From assembly GCA_016793045.1 (NCBI GenBank), contig JAEUKZ010000155.1, positions 1 to 52,260 of the forward strand: a stretch of 52,260 bases of DNA, read 5' to 3'. The translations under genes and the position numbers were made by a program. The stretch comes from Alphaproteobacteria bacterium (GTDB taxonomy: Bacteria; Pseudomonadota; Alphaproteobacteria; CACIAM-22H2). Below are positions 10,167 through 20,720 of this stretch, piece after piece (the first letter of the stretch is position 1; the number at the start of each line of letters is the position of its first letter). The notes under the pieces were generated by a model, which ran no database searches, was not told the DNA's origin, and saw only the letters and a list, made by a program, of their open reading frames with translations.

Positions 10167-10250
10167 ATGCGGTTTCCGCGCGTTCAACGCTATGCACTTC
10201 AAGGCTCGGCCATGCTCGGTCGGGGCCCGGGGAGTCTGCGTCAGCGCTGA
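10167..10250 (+). CDS. Candidate leader peptide (27 aa, MRFPRVQRYALQGSAMLGRGPGSLRQR)
   Basis: ATG sits at the predicted +1, so it would be leaderless. An alternative ATG at 10212 has AAGG 7 nt upstream. The ORF spans attenuator segments 1 and 2. Confidence 0.45.
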   Translation: MRFPRVQRYALQGSAMLGRGPGSLRQR

Positions 10251-10274
10251 ACGGGCGCGATCGGACGGAACACC

Positions 10275-10310
10275 AGGGCCCCCCGGCGACGGATGGGGCC
10301 CTTCTCATTT
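10275..10310 (+). terminator. Leader terminator-like hairpin
   Basis: AGGGCCCC/GGGGCCCT stem, then CCG/CGG closing a GCGA (GNRA) loop, followed by an imperfect U-tail TTCTCATTT. Confidence 0.55.
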
Positions 10311-10357
10311 CGAGAGCGGCCCCTCACCCGCACGCGGCGGCAGGAGAGGGACGGATC

Positions 10358-10414
10358 ATGATCAACGGGACTTTGGGGCTGCGGACCCGGCGGCCCGGCG
10401 GGTGCGGCACATGA
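10358..10414 (+). CDS. Small ORF (18 aa, MINGTLGLRTRRPGGCGT) coupled to the ABC ATPase
   Basis: AGGAGAGGG upstream. Its stop overlaps the ATPase start (ATGA at 10411-10414). Confidence 0.4.
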   Translation: MINGTLGLRTRRPGGCGT

Positions 10415-11421
10415 GTGCGATCCGCGTCGAAGCCCTCAGCAAGTCGTTCCGTGTCAGGCCGGCGCCGGGGCGGGGCTGGGCGCGTCTGCGCGCGGCGCTG
10501 CGTCCGCCGCCGGCCATCGTCGTACCGGCGGTGCGCGGCGTCTCGTTCGCGATCGCACCGGGCGAGCGCGTCGCCTTCATCGGCCCCAACGGCGCGGGCA
10601 AGTCGACGACGCTGAAGATGCTCACCGGCATCCTTCACCCCACCGGGGGCCACGCCGAGGTCGCCGGCTTCGTGCCGTGGCGGGAGCGGCGGCGCCTCGC
10701 GGGCCGGATCGGCATCGTGTTCGGCCAGCGCTCGCAGCTCTGGTACCAGCTGCCGGTGCGCGCCAGCTTCGACCTGCTGGCGCGCATTTACGGGATCGGC
10801 CGCGCCGCCTACGGCGAGCGCGCCGCGCGCCTCGCCGCGATCTTCGCGATCGGCGACCTGCTCGACCGGCCGGTGTCGGCGCTGTCGCTCGGGCAGCGAC
10901 TGCGCTGCGAGATTGCGGCGGCGCTGCTGCACGCCCCTTCAATCCTGCTGCTCGACGAGCCGACGATCGGCCTCGACGTCACCGCCAAGGCGGCGCTGCG
11001 CGACCACCTCAACGCGCTGTCGCGCGACGAGGGCACGACGGTGCTGCTGACCTCGCACGACACGGGCGACATCGAGCGCATCTGCGAGCGGGTCATCGTC
11101 ATCGACCACGGCAGCCTGCTGCTCGACCGGCCGCTGGCGGCGCTGCGCGACGCCTATCTGCGCCGGCGGATGATCGTGCTGGTGACGGAGGAGGAGCACG
11201 CCGCGATCGATCTGCCCGGCGTCGCCGTTGCCGCGCGCGAGCCGCATCGGCTGACACTCGAGGTGGATACCGAGGTGACTCCGATCGAACGCGTCGTCGG
11301 CGCCGCGCTGACGCGGCACGTGGTGCGCGACCTGGTGATCGAGAACCCGCCCCTTGAGGAGGTCATCAAGGCGATCTATCGCGGCCGTCCGGAGGCCGCG
11401 GCGGGGCCAGGCCATGCGTGA
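10411..11421 (+). CDS. ABC exporter ATP-binding subunit
   Basis: GPNGAGKST, FGQRSQLW, LSLGQ, LLLDEP and SHD motifs. Confidence 0.93.
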   Translation: MSAIRVEALSKSFRVRPAPGRGWARLRAALRPPPAIVVPAVRGVSFAIAPGERVAFIGPNGAGKSTTLKMLTGILHPTGGHAEVAGFVPWRERRRLAGRIGIVFGQRSQLWYQLPVRASFDLLARIYGIGRAAYGERAARLAAIFAIGDLLDRPVSALSLGQRLRCEIAAALLHAPSILLLDEPTIGLDVTAKAALRDHLNALSRDEGTTVLLTSHDTGDIERICERVIVIDHGSLLLDRPLAALRDAYLRRRMIVLVTEEEHAAIDLPGVAVAAREPHRLTLEVDTEVTPIERVVGAALTRHVVRDLVIENPPLEEVIKAIYRGRPEAAAGPGHA

Positions 11422-12202
11422 CGCCGATGCGCTGCACGCCTTCGCGACCCTGGGCTGGCGCAACGCGGCGGCGCAGCGCGCGGCCATCGTTGCGCGCGGC
11501 GGCCTCTACGTCCTGATCCTCGTGATCTGGTGGCAGCTCTGGCAGGCGACGCCGCTCGCGGAGCTCGCGCGCAGCGACGTCACCGCCGTCGGCCTGCTGT
11601 GGTACGTCGCCGTCACGGAATGGATCGTCTTCGCTGCCGGCATGCCCTACCGCGAGGTCGAAGCCGACATCCGCGACGGACGGATCGCCACGGCGTTGAC
11701 GCGTCCTATTCCCTATGGCGCGGCCGTTCTTGCCCAGTGGGCGGGGGAGGCGGCGTACCGCCTGCTCGCGCTCGGTGCGATCGGTTTCGCGGCGGCTTTC
11801 CTGCTGACCGGCACGGTCCCTGTCGCCATGGGCAGGTGGCCGGGCATCGCGCTCGCCGGCATCCTCGGCACCGCGGCGCTGCTGCTGTGCCAGTACGCGG
11901 TGGGCATGGCGGCGGCATGGAGCGGCGTCGCGGCGCCCCTGTACTGGATCTGGCAGAAACTGCTGTTCGTGCTCGGCGGCCTGCTGATGCCGCTCACGCT
12001 CTATCCGCCGGGGCTGCGCGCGCTGGCCGACCTGACGCCGTTCGCCGCCATGCTCTTCGCGCCGGCATCGCTCGCTTTCGATCCGGCGGCGGCGATCGCC
12101 GCGGTGCTGGCCGCGCAGATTGCCTGGCTGGCCGTGCTGGCCGCCGGAGCCGCGCTGATCGATCGCGCCGCGATCGTGCGCCTGCTCGATCGCGGCGGGT
12201 GA
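11414..12202 (+). CDS. ABC-2-type permease (DUF990/ABC2_membrane_6-like) 1
   Basis: About 6 TM, DIRDGRIATALTRP, LMPLTLYP. Overlaps the ATPase stop. Confidence 0.8.
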   Translation: MRDADALHAFATLGWRNAAAQRAAIVARGGLYVLILVIWWQLWQATPLAELARSDVTAVGLLWYVAVTEWIVFAAGMPYREVEADIRDGRIATALTRPIPYGAAVLAQWAGEAAYRLLALGAIGFAAAFLLTGTVPVAMGRWPGIALAGILGTAALLLCQYAVGMAAAWSGVAAPLYWIWQKLLFVLGGLLMPLTLYPPGLRALADLTPFAAMLFAPASLAFDPAAAIAAVLAAQIAWLAVLAAGAALIDRAAIVRLLDRGG

Positions 12203-12213
12203 GCGAGGCATCT

Positions 12214-13005
12214 ATGGGTATCCTGTCGGCCATTCACTACGCCGTTGCGCTCCTGCGGATGAACCTGCGCGCCGCATTCGCCCGGCCGGTCGTCGCGTTG
12301 ACGACTGCCGCGTTCATGTTCGGCAACAACATGATCTGGTACCTGGTCTGGGTGATCTACTTCGCCAATTTCTCGAACCTGCGCGGCTGGGTCGGTGCCG
12401 ATCTGGCGCTGCTGCTCGGCATCGTCGCCTGGGCATTCGGGCTCGCGGTGCTGCTCGCGGGCGGCGGGCGCGAACTCGCACAGGCGGTCGCCGATGGCGG
12501 GCTCGACGTTCATCTCGGCCGGCCGCGCCATCCGCTGCCGAGCCTGCTCGCGAACCGCTCGCTCCCCTCGGGCCTCGGCGACATGGCGAGCGCGTTCGTG
12601 TTCTGGCTGGTCTTTGCCGGGCGCGGCGCGGCCGATCTGCCGTTCCTTCTTCTCGTCGCGACGGCTTCGTCGGTCGTCGTGGTGGCGACGATGGTGGCGA
12701 CGCAGTGCCTGGCCTTCTGGCTGCCGCGTGCGGCGACGCTGTGCGAGGAACTGTTCCAGCAGTTCCTGATGGTCTGCTTCTACCCGCAGCATCCGTTCGG
12801 GTTCATGGCGCGGCTGGTGCTGTTCACCGTGTTTCCCGCGGCGTTCGTCGGGCTGCTGCCCGTCGAGGCCGTACGCGACGGCGACATTGCCAAGGCGCTC
12901 GCCATCGCCGCGGGGGCTCTGGTCTACGCCGCGCTGGCCGCCGCGATCTTCGCGCGCGGACTGCGGCGCTACGCGTCCGGCAACCGGCTCGTCGAATGGC
13001 GCTGA
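12214..13005 (+). CDS. ABC-2-type permease (DUF990-like) 2
   Basis: About 6 TM, GGLDVHLGRP, FYP..F and VFPAAF. Confidence 0.8.
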   Translation: MGILSAIHYAVALLRMNLRAAFARPVVALTTAAFMFGNNMIWYLVWVIYFANFSNLRGWVGADLALLLGIVAWAFGLAVLLAGGGRELAQAVADGGLDVHLGRPRHPLPSLLANRSLPSGLGDMASAFVFWLVFAGRGAADLPFLLLVATASSVVVVATMVATQCLAFWLPRAATLCEELFQQFLMVCFYPQHPFGFMARLVLFTVFPAAFVGLLPVEAVRDGDIAKALAIAAGALVYAALAAAIFARGLRRYASGNRLVEWR

Positions 13006-13008
13006 ACC

Positions 13009-14292
13009 CTAGGGCTCGACTAGGATGGCGCGGAAATCGTTGACGTTGGTCAGCGTCGGCCCGGTGACGACGAGGTCGCCGAGCGCTGCAAAGAAGCCAT
13101 AGGCGTCGTTGTCGGCAAGCCGCGCCTCCGCGTCGATGCGGATCGCCCGTGCGCGCGAAAGCGTGTCCGGCCCGCAGATCGCGCCGGCGTTGTCCTCCGA
13201 TCCGTCGATGCCGTCGGTGTCTCCGGCGAGCGCGTGGATCCCCGGCTCGCCACCGAGCGCGATGGCGAGTGCGAGCAGGTATTCGGCATCGCGCCCGCCG
13301 CGGCCTCTTCCGCGCACCGTGACGGTCGTCTCGCCGCCCGAGAGCACTGCCGCGGGCGCCTTCACCGGCCCCCTGCCAGCCTTGATGTCGAGCGCGAGCC
13401 GCGCATGGGCGGCCGCGATCTCGCGCGATTCGCCCTCGATGTCGTCGCCGAGCACGAGCGGCGCATAGCCATGCGCGTGCGCCAGCCCGGCGGCGGCGTC
13501 GAGCGACTCGCGCGCGCTGGCGACGATCTCGAAGCGCGCGGCGGCGAGGCGGGGATCGCCGGGCTTGGGCGTCTCGCAGCCGGGATCGGCGAGGCGCTGG
13601 GCGATCGAGGCCGTCGGGGCGATCGCATACTTGCTCAGTACCGCCTGCGCATCCTCGCGCGACGTCGGGTCGGCGACGGTCGGCCCGGAGGCGATCGTCG
13701 AGGGATCGTCGCCGGGCACGTCGGAGATCGCGAGTGTGACGATCGGCGCCGGATGCGCCGCGGCGGCGAGCCGGCCGCCGGCGATCGCCGAGAGATGCTT
13801 GCGCACGGCGTTCATCTCGCCGATCGCGGCGCCGGAACGCAGCAGCGCCCTGGTCAAGCCCTGCATCTCGTCGAGCGTGATCGGAGCGGCGGGCAGGGTG
13901 AGCAGCGCCGAGCCGCCGCCGGAGATCAGGCACAGCACATGATCGTCGGCCGTCAGACCGTGCACGAGTTCGAGCAGCCGCCGTGCGCCCATCATGCCGT
14001 GCCGGTCGGGCACCGGATGGCCGGCCTCGATCACGGCGATGCGCCGCGTCGGATGGCCATGGCCGTGGCGCGTCACCACGGCGCCGTCGATGCCGTCGAG
14101 GCCGCGCGGATCGCGGTCGTAGTGGGCCTCGACCGCGGCGGCCATCGCGGCGGCGGCCTTTCCCGCGCCGATGACGATCAACCGGCCGGGCGGCCGCGGC
14201 GGCAGGTGCGGGGGCAGGCAGCGTGCGGGCACGGCCCGCGCCACCGCTTCGTCGAACAGGGCGCGCAGCAGGACTCGGTGCGGAGGGGACAT
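13009..14292 (-). CDS. Glycerate 2-kinase (MOFRL/TtuD family)
   Basis: GAGKAA, AGHPVPD, LISGGGSAL, IASGPT, SGGETTV, DTDGIDG and GPTLTNVND. Confidence 0.92.
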   Translation of the reverse strand: MSPPHRVLLRALFDEAVARAVPARCLPPHLPPRPPGRLIVIGAGKAAAAMAAAVEAHYDRDPRGLDGIDGAVVTRHGHGHPTRRIAVIEAGHPVPDRHGMMGARRLLELVHGLTADDHVLCLISGGGSALLTLPAAPITLDEMQGLTRALLRSGAAIGEMNAVRKHLSAIAGGRLAAAAHPAPIVTLAISDVPGDDPSTIASGPTVADPTSREDAQAVLSKYAIAPTASIAQRLADPGCETPKPGDPRLAAARFEIVASARESLDAAAGLAHAHGYAPLVLGDDIEGESREIAAAHARLALDIKAGRGPVKAPAAVLSGGETTVTVRGRGRGGRDAEYLLALAIALGGEPGIHALAGDTDGIDGSEDNAGAICGPDTLSRARAIRIDAEARLADNDAYGFFAALGDLVVTGPTLTNVNDFRAILVEP

Positions 14293-14359
14293 CGGCGGCG
14301 TCGTCTCGTCGGAGGGCGCGCGAGCATATCGTCGGCCCCGGCGTTTGGACAGCGCCGGA

Positions 14360-15415
14360 CTAGTGCTTGCGCGGCGAGCCGCGCAGGCGGCGGATCGCGC
14401 GCACGAGCGGGCGTTCCAGCGCCGCGAGTCCGAGCCCGTGCAGCAGGTCGCGCGCGAGCAGGCGGCCGCGATAGGGCGCCGGCGTCGAGGCGGCGCGCAG
14501 GCTCTCGCGCAGGCGGTACGCCGGCCCCGCGCCGGGAACGTCGTCGATTGCGAGCAGGGCATCGGCAAGCGCCGCGGCGAAGTCGCGCCGCGCCGCACCC
14601 CAGGACGGATCCGTCCAGTGCGCTTCGAGGATGGTCGGGTTGGTGTTGATCTCGAAGGTGCAGATCCGGCCATCCTTGAGGGCGTAGTCGATCCGGCCAT
14701 AGTCGATGCGCGCGCGCTCGAAGATCGCCATCAGCGCGCCGGCGTGCGGGTTGCTCCGCACATAGTCCTCCTGCGCCGCATAGTGCGCGGCAACCGGGCT
14801 TTCCGGCGCCTCGGGCTTGGCCACCCAGTCGCGGCTGAAATCGAGATCGCCGGCGACGATTCGTGTCCCGACGCGGAAGGCGCTGTACTTGTGATAGAAC
14901 CCGTCGCCGTCGCGCACGTCGACGAACTCGACGATCAGCTTGTCCGCAAGCGCGGCGCCGGACCTCGCAAGAGCGGCGATCGCCGCGTCGAGCGCGCCGG
15001 GCGAATCGAGCAGGCCGCCGATGGCGCCATCATGGTCGGCCTCGCCGCGCAGGAAGACCGGGAAGCGCGACGGCCGTGCGTCCTGGGCGACGCGGTACGC
15101 GCCGAACGGATTGAGCCCCTCCTCGTGGAGCGCGTGCAGAAGGTCGAAGCGGCGCAGCGCGCGTGCCGGATCGTTGAGCAGCCGCGAACGGCCGTCGCGC
15201 GACAGCGCGGCCCACAGGTCGCGCGCCCGGGCCATGGTGTCCGCATCGAGCCGTTCGAGATCGGCGAAGATATAGGTCGCCGGCGCGAGAGCCTGCATCC
15301 GGAACGCGCCGTCGTAGTCGAGGATGCGAAACCGGTCGTTGAGCGCGTGGCCGACCGTCTCCAGGAAAATCAGCGGCGTGTAGCGATGCGCGGTCGTGGT
15401 CAGATAGACGATCAC
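14360..15415 (-). CDS. ATP-grasp-fold hypothetical protein
   Basis: GGAG RBS with GTG start. FPVFLR, IVEFVD, KYSAFRVG and YGRIDY...FEINTNP match the ATP-grasp signature spacing. Confidence 0.65.
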   Translation of the reverse strand: MIVYLTTTAHRYTPLIFLETVGHALNDRFRILDYDGAFRMQALAPATYIFADLERLDADTMARARDLWAALSRDGRSRLLNDPARALRRFDLLHALHEEGLNPFGAYRVAQDARPSRFPVFLRGEADHDGAIGGLLDSPGALDAAIAALARSGAALADKLIVEFVDVRDGDGFYHKYSAFRVGTRIVAGDLDFSRDWVAKPEAPESPVAAHYAAQEDYVRSNPHAGALMAIFERARIDYGRIDYALKDGRICTFEINTNPTILEAHWTDPSWGAARRDFAAALADALLAIDDVPGAGPAYRLRESLRAASTPAPYRGRLLARDLLHGLGLAALERPLVRAIRRLRGSPRKH

Positions 15416-15504
15416 GGCCGTTCTCCAGCCGCGCCCGTCCGCGGCCGCCGGCGAGATGGCTGGCCTCCGTCGCGCGCCCCGTGGATACTGCAACGGGGGA
15501 ATCG

Positions 15505-16227
15505 ATGACGTCGAAGATCGTCAAGTACGGGTCGCTGCTCGCCAATGCCGTGCGCTACGACGGCGCCGCCGTTCTGGCGTGGCGGGTGCTGCGCCAGATC
15601 GTATCGCCGTTCGGCAGTCTCGAAGCGCATGTATTGCTGGAGTGCGATCTCACCCGCGATATCCGCGTGCCGGCGGCGCCGCCCGAGATCACCGTGCGGA
15701 CGGCCCTGCCGGAGGAAATGGCTTCCGTCGTCGCGATCGAGTTCGGCCCCGACGAGCCCGCGGGCGAACGCCGCTTTGATGTCGATGCCGCGGGCATGGC
15801 GGCGCTCGTCGCGACCGCGCGCAGCCGCATGGCCGTGGGCGACATCTGCATCGTGGCGGCAGCGGGATCGGACATCGTCCATTTCAGTTGGCTGCGCTTC
15901 GGCACGCTGCCGCCGGTCCTCGCACGCCCGGTGCACCTGCCGGACCGCGAATGCTACCTGACCGACGGATATACGGTGAGGCGCTGGCGCGGGCGCCGGC
16001 TGTTCGACGTCGTCTCCGCCTGGGCGCTCGAGGAGGCGAAGCGGCGCGGCTACGTGCGCGCCTACGCGATGGCCGATTTCATCAAGGCGCCGTCGCGCCG
16101 CATGGCGCGCCGGGTCGGCTTTTTCGCGCGCGGGCGCGTTCTCGTCTTTCGCCGCCGCGGCCGTGACGACGGGCTCGTGCTGCGCCTGACCGGCCGCGCC
16201 GATCCCCTCTTTCATGCGCTCTGGTAG
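15505..16227 (+). CDS. GNAT-family N-acetyltransferase-like protein
   Basis: YLTDGYTVRRWRGRRLF resembles acetyl-CoA motif A, followed by AKRRGY. Confidence 0.65.
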   Translation: MTSKIVKYGSLLANAVRYDGAAVLAWRVLRQIVSPFGSLEAHVLLECDLTRDIRVPAAPPEITVRTALPEEMASVVAIEFGPDEPAGERRFDVDAAGMAALVATARSRMAVGDICIVAAAGSDIVHFSWLRFGTLPPVLARPVHLPDRECYLTDGYTVRRWRGRRLFDVVSAWALEEAKRRGYVRAYAMADFIKAPSRRMARRVGFFARGRVLVFRRRGRDDGLVLRLTGRADPLFHALW

Positions 16228-16237
16228 CAAGCGGCGT

Positions 16238-17296
16238 TCATGAAAGCGCCGCACGCGCGCCGGCGGACTGCCGGGCCGACAGGCGAAAGCCCTCGCGCAG
16301 TTCGGCGCGGAACAGCAGGTCGAGATGGCGTTGCAGCCACCGCCTCGGCAGCAGCGGAATCGCGACGAACGCCAGGCTCGATACGATGCGCTTCGGGAGG
16401 CGGCTGTGCGGAAACCGCCACGACGCGCCGATCGCCGCGAGCACCAGCTTGATGACTCCGTCGCCGGCGACCGGATGCGCGGCGGGTTCGAGAAGCAGCG
16501 AAAGCAGCCGCGACTTGCAGTGCTGCGGGATCGTCATGCAGAGATCGCGGTCGATCGAGCGGCCGAGGGTGGCGGCATGCGCCTTCAGCGCCGCTTCGCG
16601 ATCAAGTTCGTTGCCGAGCCGGCGGCGCAGCAGCGCCACGGTGATGCCGCCGGTTTCGGACTGGTTGCCGCCGTGGGCGCGATAGAGGCCGAGCGAACGA
16701 TCGATCGAGACGATCGGGCCGTAGAGCGCCGCGAGCGCGACGGTGTAGCCGTCCGCGCCCTTGCGCCAGCGCGCTGCATCCATAGGCAGAATGCGCTCGA
16801 GTACGCGGCGGGCGTAGAGGTTGCCGCTCGCCGCGGGGCTCGGATAGTAGCCGTAGTATCGGACCAGCGACTCCTCCTTGCCGGGGGTGAAGGCCAGGTT
16901 CGGTTTGCGGCGGCCGAGGGGGCGTTCGTCGGCGTCGACGACGTCGAGATAGAACTGGACCTTCGCGACGTCGTCGCGCCACGCGGCCATCGCGGTCGCG
17001 ATGGCGTCGGGATACAGCGCATCGTCGGCGTCGAGAAACAGAACGGCCTCGCCGCGGCTGGCGGCGAAGCCGGCATTGTAGGCGCCGCCCTGGCCGAGAT
17101 TGGGCTGGGTGACGACTTTGCAGCGGCCGTGAAAGGCGGCGAGGATCGCAGCCGAGTTGTCGGTCGAGCCGTCATCGACGACGATCACCTCAACCGCGCG
17201 ATAGGTCTGCCGCAGGGCGCTCGTGACCGACCGCTCGAGAAACCGTCCGTAGTTGTAGTTGTTGATGACGATGGTCACCAAGCGGTCAGCCGTCAT
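16238..17296 (-). CDS. Glycosyltransferase family 2
   Basis: IVINNYNYGRF, VVDDGSTD and FLDADD. Confidence 0.92.
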   Translation of the reverse strand: MTADRLVTIVINNYNYGRFLERSVTSALRQTYRAVEVIVVDDGSTDNSAAILAAFHGRCKVVTQPNLGQGGAYNAGFAASRGEAVLFLDADDALYPDAIATAMAAWRDDVAKVQFYLDVVDADERPLGRRKPNLAFTPGKEESLVRYYGYYPSPAASGNLYARRVLERILPMDAARWRKGADGYTVALAALYGPIVSIDRSLGLYRAHGGNQSETGGITVALLRRRLGNELDREAALKAHAATLGRSIDRDLCMTIPQHCKSRLLSLLLEPAAHPVAGDGVIKLVLAAIGASWRFPHSRLPKRIVSSLAFVAIPLLPRRWLQRHLDLLFRAELREGFRLSARQSAGARAALS

Positions 17297-17363
17297 CGTC
17301 CCTCCCCCTGGAACGTCAGCGGTTGCGCCGTCGGCCCCGTGCCGCGCGTGCCGCCGGACACGG

Positions 17364-19121
<1,758 letters not shown>

Positions 19122-19178
19122 TGGCGCCTATGAAGAGGATTCGCCCCTTAGAATCGGTTAATAGGTAGGCGCTCGGCT

Positions 19179-20720
19179 TCAATCGACCGCCGCCGGAACC
19201 GACTTGACGTTGCCGGTTACCGTGTTCGTGCGCGGACGGCGCAGGAGCAGCAGCATCGGGATCGCGGCCAGCGTCACCCACATCATGAGCCGGAAGTCGT
19301 TGAGGTAGGCGATCGTCGATGCCTGCGCACTTATCGCGGCATCGATCGTGGCGAGGCCGGACGGTTCGGTGAGGCTCCAGCCGTCCGGCAGCCAGGGTGC
19401 GCGGAACATCGGATTGAACGGGTTCACCTGTTCGGCGAGGTTGGCGTGGTTGATCTGCGTCGACTGCGACAGCACGACGGTCACGACCGAAATGCCGACC
19501 GAACTGCCGACATTGCGCACGAGGCTGAACAGGCTGGCGGCTTCGGTGCGCAGATGGGGCGGCAGGGTCGCAAACGTGATCGTGCTCAACGGAACGAAGA
19601 TGAAGCCCAGGCCGAAGCCCTGGGTCATCCCGGTGACCAGGATCGTCGAACGGTCGACCGCGGCGGTGAAGCCGGTCATCTCCCACAGCGAGAATGCGGT
19701 ACAGGACAGGCCGAACAGGATCAGCAGCCGCGGGTCGACCCGACCGATCAGGCGGCCGACGATCGTCATCGCGATCACCGTGCCGATGCCGCGCGGTGCC
19801 AGCACAAGGCCGGTCGTGATGACGGGATATCCGGCCAGGTTCTGCAGGAACGGCGGCAGCAGCGTGAGCGTCGCCAGCAGCACGATGCCGACCAGGAAGA
19901 TGAACAGCAGGCCGGTCGCGAAGTTGCGATCGACGAAGAGATGGGGATCGAGGAACGGCCGTTCCGCGGTGAGCGAGTGGACGACGAACATGTAGAGGCC
20001 GAGCGCCGCCAGGCCGGCCTCGACGATGATCTCCGTGGATGCGAACCAGTCCTTGATCTCGCCGCGGTCGAGCATGAACTGAAAGCAGCCGACCGCGAGG
20101 CTCAACATGCAGAACCCGAAGACGTCGAACCGTCGGGTGCGGTCGATCGCGGTTTCCGGGACGAAGGCAAGGATGCCGAACAGCGCCAGCGCGCCGAATG
20201 GCACGTTGATGTAGAAGACCCAGCGCCAGCTGTAGAACTCCGTCAGATAGCCGCCGAGGGTCGGCCCGAGAATGGGCCCCAGCATCACGCCCATGCCCCA
20301 CATCGCCATCGCCTGGCCGTGGCGTTCGCGCGGAAACGTGTCGAGCAGCACCGCCTGCGAGAGCGGCACCAGTGAAGCGCCGAAGACGCCCTGCAGCAGG
20401 CGGTAGATCACCATCTCCGGCAGCGAGGTCGCGATGCCGCAGAGCATCGAGACCACGGTGAACCCGCCGACCGCCCAGGCGAAGACGCGCCGCCGGCCGA
20501 AACGCAGCGCGAGATAGCCGGTCGGCGGGGTCATGATCGCCGCGGCGATGATGTAGGAGGTGAGGACCCAGGATATCTGGTCCTGCGTCGCCGACAGGCT
20601 GCCCTGCATGTGCGGCAGCGCCACATTGGCGATCGTCGTATCCAGCGCCTGCATGATCGTCGCCAGCATGATCGAGCCGGTGATCAGCCCGCGATGCGGC
20701 GCGCCCGGGCCGGCGTTCAC
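19179..20720 (-). CDS. emrB: DHA2 family efflux MFS permease (EmrB/QacA)
   Basis: LDTTIANVALP, WVLTSY, GPILGPTLGG and WRWVFYINVP. GTG start overlaps the emrA stop. Confidence 0.92.
   Translation of the reverse strand: MNAGPGAPHRGLITGSIMLATIMQALDTTIANVALPHMQGSLSATQDQISWVLTSYIIAAAIMTPPTGYLALRFGRRRVFAWAVGGFTVVSMLCGIATSLPEMVIYRLLQGVFGASLVPLSQAVLLDTFPRERHGQAMAMWGMGVMLGPILGPTLGGYLTEFYSWRWVFYINVPFGALALFGILAFVPETAIDRTRRFDVFGFCMLSLAVGCFQFMLDRGEIKDWFASTEIIVEAGLAALGLYMFVVHSLTAERPFLDPHLFVDRNFATGLLFIFLVGIVLLATLTLLPPFLQNLAGYPVITTGLVLAPRGIGTVIAMTIVGRLIGRVDPRLLILFGLSCTAFSLWEMTGFTAAVDRSTILVTGMTQGFGLGFIFVPLSTITFATLPPHLRTEAASLFSLVRNVGSSVGISVVTVVLSQSTQINHANLAEQVNPFNPMFRAPWLPDGWSLTEPSGLATIDAAISAQASTIAYLNDFRLMMWVTLAAIPMLLLLRRPRTNTVTGNVKSVPAAVD

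Noticed and set aside
10192-10410. Longer ATPase start given by the ORF track
   Set aside because: The extension is low-complexity, crosses the leader hairpins and precedes the normal ABC start (IRVEALSK).
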